Part shown: piece after piece, positions 33,501-39,859 of the stretch
Numbering within the stretch: position 1 is the stretch's first letter
Layout of the letters: every line of letters begins with the position of its first letter
Source of the DNA: a virus
IMG/VR virus record: IMGVR_UViG_3300045988_070645
Coordinates: 1 to 40,619 of that record
DNA: 40,619 nucleotides
Reading direction: 5' to 3' (one strand)
The notes under the pieces: model-generated
Database searches by the model: none
What the model saw: the letters and a program-made list of their open reading frames with translations, nothing else
What the model was told of the DNA's origin: nothing
Position numbers and translations under genes: made by a program

Positions 33501-35545
33501 GCACGGCACCGGACGCTTCGATGCGCAAGGCTTCGACCTTGTGGATTGACACCACGAATGGCGCGAACACGCCGAAAAGGTGGAATGGGTCGGCTTGGGT
33601 TGCTGTGACCGACAAGGCCGCGACCGACGCCGCCAATGCGGCTGTCAAGGCGAATGATGCGGCCAAGACCGCTCAATCCACCGCTGACAAGGCGCAGACG
33701 GCTGCGGCCAATGCCGCGTCTCAGGCGAATCAGGCTCAGGCCGCAGCGCAGAAGGCGCAGACCACTGCGGACGGTAAGAATCTGATTTACCGTGGCCCCG
33801 ACGAGCCGAATCATGATGGCTTGAAGCCGGGGGACATGTGGTGGCGCACTCAAAAATATTGGACTCGCTGGAAGGGGGAGAAGAATAATTCTCCGAGCCT
33901 CTTGGCTGACTTCTACACGTATTGGCAGGGTGCGCCCAACGCCAGCCCCTCCGTGCTGGTGCCATTGTCTGATCGCGTGGTGGAAGTCCTCACGTGGGAT
34001 GGTACGCGCTTCGAGCCATTCGACCTCGTGGCGAACAACATCCTCGCTGCTGGCACGGTGGCCGCGAAGCATCTCGCCGCCGATAGCGTGACCGCCGAGA
34101 AGGTCAAGGCCAATGCCATCACGGTGGACAAGCTCGCGGCCAATTCGGTCACGACTGAAAAGCTGGTGACTGATGCGGTGACCGCCGCGAAACTCGCCGC
34201 CAACTCGGTGCAGGCTCGGAACATCGTCGCACTGTCCATCACGTCCGACAAGATTGCCGCCAATTCGGTGACCACGGGCAAGCTCAAGGTCACGGAAGAT
34301 ATGACCGTGGCGCTGCTCAACGTCCACAAGATTCAGGCGTCCGACATTGCGGCTAATGCCGTGACCACTGCCGCTTTGGCTGCTGGCGCGGTAAACGCCG
34401 ACAATCTGGCCGCTAATTCGGTCAATGCGTCCAAGATTGTGACTGGTGCCATCACCGCCGACAAGCTGGCGGCAAACAGTGTGACGGCCGTCAAGATCGC
34501 GGCTGGCACCATCACGTCCGACAAGGTGGCGGCGGGCCAATTCAAAGGCTACGTGTTCACCGGCGCCGTCTTCCAAAGCTCCGAGGCCGAGAACACCGGC
34601 ATGAAGCTCAACTCGACCGCATTGCAAATGTGGGATTCGGCTCATAACCAGACCGTCTACCTGGACGGCGAGGGGAAGAGCAATGTGCTGACCGGCACCT
34701 TCCAGACCCGCACGAGCGGGCACAGGGTGCGTATCAGTCCGGATTACAAGTCGCACGCGATTGCCGGGTCGGAGACTTTTACCGGTGACGGATTGGAGTT
34801 TTTGGCGTACAAGGATTCGATCGCATATTACAACTATCCTACGGTCGCGTCGCTCATCGAATCGAATCAGGTCGGCTTGATGAGCGAATTGGACTTGTGG
34901 AGCGGATACGTGAGCAAGAACGACCCCGCTGCTTTCATGAGTCTCAAATCGAAGCCTCGTGCGAAAGGCGGCACCGGCAGCGGCGTCACGTCACAAGTGT
35001 ATCTGCACGCCGACACGAATTATGACGAGTCCGACTTGTCGAAAAAAAGCTCCTCATGGCTCACCATGCATGGTGTCGGCGGATCGGGTGCAAGCGCGTA
35101 TCTCAACGTGCGCAGTGATTCCGGCAGCTTGTGCGAGGTCGGCGTGCACTCGCAGGGCGCGAAGGCCCGCGCGTACTGCACCGCATCCGACGCGAACGGC
35201 GAAATCGGCATGGTGTCCGACGTCAGCGCAGGCTATCTCTACCTCGGCGGCTATCTCGGCGGCATCACAAACCGTCACACTTTTCAAAGCACCAATTGGC
35301 GCATCTACCAGAACGCGACGCTGCCTGCCGATTTCACGATCCAGCAGACCACGTGGTCATGGACGCCGGCGAAATACGGCAGATACTACGGCGTGTGCAA
35401 TGCCGACCTCAACTTTGGATCGATCTCCATGCACGTGTGCAACACCGGCGGCGCTGGATCGATGCAGGTCATGGGATACAACGCCGGAAACGGCACCTAC
35501 AAGGGCGACATGTACGTCAACGCGTTCGCGTGGCTCGTCAAATAA
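30590..35545 (+). CDS. Tail-associated/minor tail fibre protein (1651 aa)
   Basis: Position after Dit. FN3-like segments, an Ala-rich coiled coil, ANSVTxxKL repeats and an internal 81-aa duplication. Confidence 0.8.
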   Translation: MAKTLHARLVAYRPFGDRLGVLAEPVSFSASMLHNDDGAISIEYSLLSGDAQAFDRELTDGLEVAVEVSDGSGFREPDNARFVITGRSGKTDDRTKTITYSGQSIGWLLSKAENNDSSHLITDGDNKGKRPFYSSNPGTILKTLLDENRQRGGVATGLTLGFDTAKDAAGSNWAKKYTLYYSLGTDLQTILDALVNGGGCDWRTSGRALKLWNADSTALSRDLSKSIVLQLARDISEAPFEESIADLASTILVEGDNNLLFRMDNPAAPTPWGKWESYSSQGGVSDKDTAQAFMASTLADAARVRGQYTRDLVTSGVDSLPLIDYHAGDWITAPTVAHGEKVRVQEIDLSMRQNEGLTASIALNDIKYDASVRQAKKIKGITGGAALAGSESGTTVSTDHDHRVPEAPQGLVVQTDAYIGSDGFAHGLATAMWSAVTEATDNTAIEISNYAVEWKQHKDGAPWHSAGTTDKTQLGFGNLDCGTQIEVRVRAVPTYSDKLGDWSAVVVATVESDTTPCSVPSKPTVLSKLGVVTVHWDGKTAAGARMEPDFDHIEVGEGINAAGMQVISATQSGQGAYVITGLTGGSQHSYALRSVDHAGNRSDWSAIATVTVASAVSPDEVKQIQKDLADNQTALKDNTAKLTQAQKDIQANKTGLDSASKSLAQAQTDLSQARKDIAQTKSDLTTANGEISKAKESAAQAYAEAHSKNHTFRGPDEPKDNLIVGDLWLKTQKYWTRWKGEKNNSPSLLADFYTYWQGTPNNSPSVLVPLSDRVIDTLVWDGSSWNHLGYADVERNADEIAQAKSDIADNAAKTTDAKKTAENAAAAAKNAQGTADTANGAARTAQDTANAANAAAKSATTTAGQAKDAANAAQTAAESAKKTAGNAETLANTANESAKSAKSDASTAKTDAANAKTAAANASSVATQAKATADSAAQSATDAANAAQKANTAAAAAAGVANGKADVLIQSTAPDASMRKASTLWIDTTNGANTPKRWNGSAWVAVTDKAATDAANAAVKANDAAKTAQSTADKAQTAAANAASQANQAQAAAQKAQTTADGKNLIYRGPDEPNHDGLKPGDMWWRTQKYWTRWKGEKNNSPSLLADFYTYWQGAPNASPSVLVPLSDRVVEVLTWDGTRFEPFDLVANNILAAGTVAAKHLAADSVTAEKVKANAITVDKLAANSVTTEKLVTDAVTAAKLAANSVQARNIVALSITSDKIAANSVTTGKLKVTEDMTVALLNVHKIQASDIAANAVTTAALAAGAVNADNLAANSVNASKIVTGAITADKLAANSVTAVKIAAGTITSDKVAAGQFKGYVFTGAVFQSSEAENTGMKLNSTALQMWDSAHNQTVYLDGEGKSNVLTGTFQTRTSGHRVRISPDYKSHAIAGSETFTGDGLEFLAYKDSIAYYNYPTVASLIESNQVGLMSELDLWSGYVSKNDPAAFMSLKSKPRAKGGTGSGVTSQVYLHADTNYDESDLSKKSSSWLTMHGVGGSGASAYLNVRSDSGSLCEVGVHSQGAKARAYCTASDANGEIGMVSDVSAGYLYLGGYLGGITNRHTFQSTNWRIYQNATLPADFTIQQTTWSWTPAKYGRYYGVCNADLNFGSISMHVCNTGGAGSMQVMGYNAGNGTYKGDMYVNAFAWLVK

Positions 35546-35556
35546 GGAGGCATGTT

Positions 35557-36108
35557 TTGCAAACTGTTTTCGAAGGCGGGAACCTCGTCATCAGAGCGGA
35601 AACGGAAGGCGAGCGGGGGCTTGTGTGCGGCATGGACGCTATCGCCGCATGGCGGGCCCTGCTCGGCACGACGAGCGTCGCGGAGACGTGCGCGGCCATG
35701 ATACAGGCGCGCGAAACGGCCGGCTCGTACGATCCGCAGACCGGACGCAACGCGTACACGACAGCCTACGAGGGCTTGGAGGCTGCTTTGTCAGATACCG
35801 CGTCTGAAATCTCGATGCTTTCCACGGACGGCGAGGTGCAGGACGATCCGATGACGGCCGCACGCAACATGACGCGCGCGGCATTGGGACTGCCCACGAT
35901 CACCAACGATGCGGACGCGGCCGTCCAGACGGCCATGCTGTCTGGTGAAACGGCCGGTGCGACGCCGACCACCGGCATCGACACGGATTGCGTGGACGCC
36001 AAGGCCATCGGAAGGCTTTTCGCCACCGACGACATGCGTTCGGATTTGGATGCGGCCGAGGACCGCTTCTATGAGTCCCTCATGCCAAGACAAAACCAAC
36101 AGAATTAA
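35557..36108 (+). CDS. Hypothetical tail-region protein (183 aa)
   Basis: TTG start 6 nt after AAGGAGG at 35544-50. The longer annotated ORF would overlap the fibre gene. Confidence 0.5.
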   Translation: MQTVFEGGNLVIRAETEGERGLVCGMDAIAAWRALLGTTSVAETCAAMIQARETAGSYDPQTGRNAYTTAYEGLEAALSDTASEISMLSTDGEVQDDPMTAARNMTRAALGLPTITNDADAAVQTAMLSGETAGATPTTGIDTDCVDAKAIGRLFATDDMRSDLDAAEDRFYESLMPRQNQQN

Positions 36109-36119
36109 GGAGATTGATT

Positions 36120-36434
36120 ATGGCCGATGAGACCACTGAAACCACTACCGATACCACTACTGCCGTGACGCCCTCTGAGCCGTCCGGCGTGCTTGACTTG
36201 CGCCCGCCGCAGGAGTCGGTGCGTGCGGAATTGTGTCGATTGGGATTGGAGTTCTCCAGCACTGACGGCACTACCGAATCGTGGCGCGACTACCAGCGTG
36301 GCGTGCTCGCCACCTTCGATGATTCCGGCGCGTCCGTCACTTTGACGGACGTGAAGACGAATCTCGGCCGCACCCTCACCTTGGACGAATTGAAGGCGGT
36401 TACTCGTATCGACACGATGACCGCCGCCGACTAA
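36120..36434 (+). CDS. Hypothetical Thr-rich protein (104 aa)
   Basis: AAGGAG lies 7 nt before the ATG at 36120. Confidence 0.5.
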   Translation: MADETTETTTDTTTAVTPSEPSGVLDLRPPQESVRAELCRLGLEFSSTDGTTESWRDYQRGVLATFDDSGASVTLTDVKTNLGRTLTLDELKAVTRIDTMTAAD

Positions 36435-36454
36435 TCCAGCATTCCAATTTTTTC

Positions 36455-36490
36455 AACCCCTGCAATCCACACGGATTGCGGGGGTTTCGT
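36455..36490 (+). terminator. Strong hairpin plus T-rich tail after the fibre operon
   Basis: CCCCTGCAATCC(36457-68) pairs with GGATTGCGGGGG(36473-84), followed by TTTCGTATTT. Confidence 0.65.
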
Positions 36491-36505
36491 ATTTAAGGAG
36501 ACATT

Positions 36506-36676
36506 TTGACTCAGATTCCAGCCGACGCGAACGAGGTCATCGACTCTCTTTCCGCGCAAATCGGCACTCTCACCAAGCAAATCGCAATCCTGACCAGTCA
36601 GCTCAACGCGGCCATGAAATTGATTCCCGCCGACGTGCTCGAAAGCGTGAAGGGAGACGAGAATGCAGAGGATTAA
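36506..36676 (+). CDS. 56-aa coiled-coil micro-protein
   Basis: TTG start after AAGGAGA. IDSLSAQIGTLTKQIAILTSQLNAAM. The gene overlaps the next ATG. Confidence 0.4.
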   Translation: MTQIPADANEVIDSLSAQIGTLTKQIAILTSQLNAAMKLIPADVLESVKGDENAED

Positions 36677-37092
36677 CCTGTGGCCGAACCCAAAGTTCGA
36701 CCCCACCGGCTTCCATGTCGTCAAAAAGGGCGGCGACATATCGAAGTACATGACCGGTGGCACGCTGGCCAACACCAGAGGCGAATACATCGACCTGCCT
36801 TTCGCGTGCGAGGTCGGCGTGGAATACGTGTGCACGTACAGGATCGTCAGCAACAATACGACGAATAAAAGTATCGGCATCTTTTTCGGCGGCACGGCCG
36901 AATACCCAAGTGCCCAGACGGTCGGGAAATATACGATCCGCTTCACCCCGACCGCCAATGACACGCGCCTGGCCATCCCCTCCGGTATGGCCATCAGCGA
37001 ATTGAGCGTGGAAGCCGCCGACACGTATGACGCGGCGCTCGGGGGGGGGGCTTCCGGGCTTCTTCTCGGGGGACACGATGCCACGCGATTAA
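36663..37092 (+). pseudogene. CBM-like cassette A, frame-disrupted at a G10 tract as assembled. With 9 G it would give a 142-aa protein ending LPGFFSGDTMPRD.
   Basis: N-terminal INLWPNPKF. After the G-run, the frame shifted by one nt encodes the family's C-terminal motif and ends at TAA 37090-92. The in-frame read-through to 37511 looks out-of-frame (rich in R, H and D). Confidence 0.65.
37041..37050 (+). repeat. Homopolymeric G10 tract
   Basis: Read directly. Confidence 0.95.
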
Positions 37093-37119
37093 GACGATTC
37101 GTCGGGCGGGTGATGTCCG

Positions 37120-37488
37120 ATGATGGTCACGAACCTATGCACGAGCCCATCCTCGACCATCACCCTGAAAGCCGACAAGTGGGTGAATATCACGACCCTT
37201 CCGAGCGTGAATGGGGCGACATATCAGATCAGCGTCGAGGTGAACGTCACAGGCGGCACTATCTCGATAATCGGAGCGGATGGCGACATCAACGCAAGAC
37301 AACGTGTCAGCTACAAGATGATCATCAACAATTCCCATCCGATATCAATGAGTTATCACGTCAAGTCAGGCAGTCCGACCGTCACAGTGACGAACATGCT
37401 CATCTGCACGTGGGGCGAATACCAGGCGAACAAGGCATTGCTCGACGGCCTTTACTTTTTCGACGGGGATACGATGCCACGCGCCTAA
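37120..37488 (+). CDS. CBM-like cassette B (122 aa)
   Basis: Ends in YFFDGDTMPRA. Same size class as cassettes A and C. Confidence 0.6.
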   Translation: MMVTNLCTSPSSTITLKADKWVNITTLPSVNGATYQISVEVNVTGGTISIIGADGDINARQRVSYKMIINNSHPISMSYHVKSGSPTVTVTNMLICTWGEYQANKALLDGLYFFDGDTMPRA

Positions 37489-37507
37489 CCCTTTTGGGGG
37501 TGGTGGC

Positions 37508-37900
37508 ATGAGTCTCATCGTTAATCACTGCGTCATGCCGAAAGACGGTGTGAGCGTCAAGACGACGAACACGACACCATCGGACATCACCTTCACGGGG
37601 TTGACGGCGGGCGTGAAATACCATGCGAGCGTCGTCTGTTACATGCTGTCCACGAGTGGCGACAATCCGCGCTTGCGTCTCACCACCAATGGCAGCAATA
37701 GTGGGCTGGTCACTTCGAATGGTCGCGTGGATTACGTCTTCACCGCCGCCAGCACCACTCACGGCATTCTCGTCGGTCTGAACAATTGCACGGTCAATCT
37801 GAGCAAGGGCTTGTGCGTGCCTCAAGACCAGTGGCAGCAGCTCGTCTCGTTGGGATTGCCGGGCAATTATTTCGATGGCGACACCATGCCAAAAGATTAA
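37508..37900 (+). CDS. CBM-like cassette C (130 aa)
   Basis: Ends in GLPGNYFDGDTMPKD. GGGGGTGG RBS. Confidence 0.6.
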   Translation: MSLIVNHCVMPKDGVSVKTTNTTPSDITFTGLTAGVKYHASVVCYMLSTSGDNPRLRLTTNGSNSGLVTSNGRVDYVFTAASTTHGILVGLNNCTVNLSKGLCVPQDQWQQLVSLGLPGNYFDGDTMPKD

Positions 37901-37921
37901 ACGATTTCAAGGAGATGTGAT

Positions 37922-38311
37922 GTGTTTCAAACGTTTTTAGCGGGGTTTGGTGGTGTGGGCGGCGCGTGCGCCCTCATCACGCTCGGCCTGAAAGTCTGGC
38001 CGGGCGCTTTGGACGCGCTGGCGACCGGCCTGTACTCGCACGTGCAGCCGGAACGATTGCCCTACGATTCGCCGCTTTCCCAGCATTTCGCCAAGACCCG
38101 GACTTTGGGAGAGCGGACATCGAAAATCGACGACCGCATGGACGAATTGTGCCGCGACACGATCAAAAACACGATCATCAGCCTGATCTACGGCGACCAG
38201 TCGCACGATCACAGCGAGGCCGTCAGCTACGAGTTGTCGAAGCTTGAGAAATTGGACGCGCAATGCTGGGTCGTCAACGCCGCCGAAAAATATTTGGAGG
38301 ACCGGCAATGA
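37922..38311 (+). CDS. Membrane protein with an N-terminal TM helix, a possible lysis accessory or holin-like protein
   Basis: FLAGFGGVGGACALITLGLKVW. GTG start after AAGGAGA. Confidence 0.45.
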   Translation: MFQTFLAGFGGVGGACALITLGLKVWPGALDALATGLYSHVQPERLPYDSPLSQHFAKTRTLGERTSKIDDRMDELCRDTIKNTIISLIYGDQSHDHSEAVSYELSKLEKLDAQCWVVNAAEKYLEDRQ

Positions 38312-38394
38312 CACGACTGCTCATCGCGGGCGGAGCCTACATCATCCTCCTCGCGCTCATCTTCATGTTCAACCATGGCGCGCACATGCGCTGA
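38308..38394 (+). CDS. 28-aa hydrophobic peptide
   Basis: MTRLLIAGGAYIILLALIFMFNHGAHMR. ATGA overlap with the upstream gene. Confidence 0.35.
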   Translation: MTRLLIAGGAYIILLALIFMFNHGAHMR

Positions 38395-38413
38395 CATCGA
38401 TTTTCACAACCGC

Positions 38414-38445
38414 AAGGCCATCTCTTCGGAGGTGGCCTTTTTATT
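38414..38445 (+). terminator. Strong terminator with a UUCG tetraloop
   Basis: AAGGCCATCTC-TTCG-GAGGTGGCCTT, an 11-bp stem, followed by TTTTATT. Confidence 0.7.
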
Positions 38446-38476
38446 GCCCCCTATTGGGGGTGGGAAGGAGGCCGTC

Positions 38477-38596
38477 ATGGACGAAGTGACCATGACGCCG
38501 GAAATGACACCGCAGGGCGACAGCATGCCGCCCACTGACATCCCGGTCGTGTCCGAAACGGATGCTGCCAAGGCCGTAGAGGGATTGGAGGACTGA
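38477..38596 (+). CDS. 39-aa acidic micro-protein upstream of the endolysin
   Basis: GGGAAGGAGG RBS before the ATG at 38477. Confidence 0.35.
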   Translation: MDEVTMTPEMTPQGDSMPPTDIPVVSETDAAKAVEGLED

Positions 38597-38597
38597 T

Positions 38598-39386
38598 ATG
38601 GCAAGCGTAAGCACTTTCATCAATCGTATGCGCTACTGGTGCGCCGTCGCCAATCTCGGCTACAGCCAGTCCGACCGCTGGAACTTCAACCCATCGGGGG
38701 GTAATTGCGACTGCTCCAGTCTGGTGATCCACTGTCTCAAGGAGGCTGGTTTCGATACCGGCTCGGCCACCTACACCGGCAACTTGTCCGACAATCTGAC
38801 CAAGCGTGGCTGGAAGCGCCTGCCCGTCAACGGCAATCCGCAGCCGGGTGACATCCTGCTTAACGACGTGCACCACGTCGCGGTCTATCTGGGTGGCGGC
38901 AGGCTCGCACAGGCAAGCATCTCGGAGCGCGGCACCGCCTACGGGAAGGCCGGAGATCAGACCGCCCGCGAGACAAATATCAGGGGCTACTACAACTACC
39001 CGTGGAACTGCTACCTCCGCTACGGCGGCGGCTCTTCGGCTTCCGCCGGCGCTCTCGCGGTTGACGGCAATGTCGGTCCGGCCACGGTGCGCCGTTGGCA
39101 GCAGGTCATGGGCACTGCGGTGGATGGCATCATCAGCGGCCAGCAGGTGCCTGACGGCAGGACCTACGCGCGTCCGGCCATCGATTCGAGCGTGGTCCGC
39201 TACGGCAATGGCGGCAGTGACCTGATCCGTGCCGTGCAGCGTCGCCTAGGCTGTGGCACTGACGGTCTGCTAGGACCGGCCACCATTCGCGCCATCCAAG
39301 CGCATTACGGGTTGGCTCAGGACGCGAGCTTCGGCCCCGCGACCGCACGCGCCTTGCAGACGGCACTCAATCAAAACCGATTCTAA
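38598..39386 (+). CDS. Endolysin: NlpC/P60- or CHAP-like peptidase plus PG_binding_1-type repeats
   Basis: GNCDCSSLV ... VHHVAVYLGGG (Cys/His pair). C-terminal LAVDGNVGPATVRRWQ, TDGLLGPATIRAIQ and ASFGPATARALQ. Confidence 0.8.
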   Translation: MASVSTFINRMRYWCAVANLGYSQSDRWNFNPSGGNCDCSSLVIHCLKEAGFDTGSATYTGNLSDNLTKRGWKRLPVNGNPQPGDILLNDVHHVAVYLGGGRLAQASISERGTAYGKAGDQTARETNIRGYYNYPWNCYLRYGGGSSASAGALAVDGNVGPATVRRWQQVMGTAVDGIISGQQVPDGRTYARPAIDSSVVRYGNGGSDLIRAVQRRLGCGTDGLLGPATIRAIQAHYGLAQDASFGPATARALQTALNQNRF

Positions 39387-39397
39387 GGGGGTTTAAT

Positions 39398-39676
39398 ATG
39401 GCTCAACATGCAGCGCCGACGACTTTGGAGACCACAGTCAATAATCTGACCAACGAGCGTGAGGACGGTCAGGACAACCAGCAGCCGGACGCTTACACGC
39501 CCGTCTTTTCCAAGGGCGTGCGCACCGTGGTCTACGTGCTCGGTCTGATCGCTTCGTGCGTTGGCCTTGGTTTCATGACCTTTGGTGACGCGGCCATCGG
39601 CGGATACATCAGCACTGTGGCCGGCTTCATCGCCAGCGGTCTTGGCGTCGCCTACAATCCGCTGCGCAACACCTGA
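39398..39676 (+). CDS. Holin-like protein with two TM helices
   Basis: VVYVLGLIASCVGLGFMTF and GGYISTVAGFIASGLGVAY. It lies next to the endolysin. Confidence 0.6.
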   Translation: MAQHAAPTTLETTVNNLTNEREDGQDNQQPDAYTPVFSKGVRTVVYVLGLIASCVGLGFMTFGDAAIGGYISTVAGFIASGLGVAYNPLRNT

Positions 39677-39707
39677 CAGTGATTAATTTTCTGGCGTGAG
39701 ACTCAGA

Positions 39708-39757
39708 CTCGCGTCGGAAACTCAACCTCGCGTCGGAAACTCAACCTCGGCGTGGGA
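39708..39757 (+). repeat. 19-bp tandem repeat (CTCGCGTCGGAAACTCAAC x2, plus a degenerate third unit)
   Basis: Read directly at 39708-26 and 39727-45. Confidence 0.85.
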
Positions 39758-39773
39758 GAAAATTCCCGCATTC

Positions 39774-39847
39774 GGGTGCTTGTGGAAATTCTTGCACCCT
39801 GTTTTTAAATCTGCCCCTTCTCCGCTTGGAGGAGGGGCTTTATTTTT
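39774..39847 (+). terminator. Twin terminators after the lysis cassette
   Basis: GGGTGC...GCACCC followed by GTTTTT. Then GCCCCTTCTCC-GCTT-GGAGGAGGGGC(39813-38) followed by TTTATTTTT. Confidence 0.65.
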
Positions 39848-39859
39848 AGGACTTTTCAA

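Noticed and set aside
32711-34021. The internal fibre duplication as a diversity-generating retroelement (template and variable repeat).
   Set aside because: No reverse transcriptase gene is visible in the genome. Differences between the copies are spread over all bases, mostly at synonymous positions, and are not adenine-specific.
32345-34756. 803-aa minus-strand ORF, with several other long antisense ORFs inside the fibre gene.
   Set aside because: It lies opposite the Ala-rich, repetitive part of the 1651-aa fibre gene. The translation is Arg/Gly/Leu-rich low complexity with no start context. This is a typical high-GC antisense artefact.
35131-36108. 325-aa ORF starting inside the fibre gene.
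   Set aside because: The N-terminal 142 codons overlap the fibre gene in another frame. A TTG at 35557 lies 6 nt after AAGGAGG and directly after the fibre stop, which gives a sensible 183-aa gene.
36663-37511. The 282-aa read-through ORF taken as a genuine long protein.
   Set aside because: The part after the G10 tract overlaps cassette B in another frame and has out-of-frame-like composition. The one-nt-shifted frame gives the conserved family C-terminus and a stop at 37092.
36663-37900. A Rin-type invertible shufflon acting on the cassettes.
   Set aside because: All three cassettes are co-oriented. Their conserved 3' ends are direct repeats, not inverted. By eye I found no inverted copy of the conserved segment, and no recombinase gene is adjacent. 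The second recombinase is about 3.5 kb away on the circle, so a link is not excluded but is unsupported.
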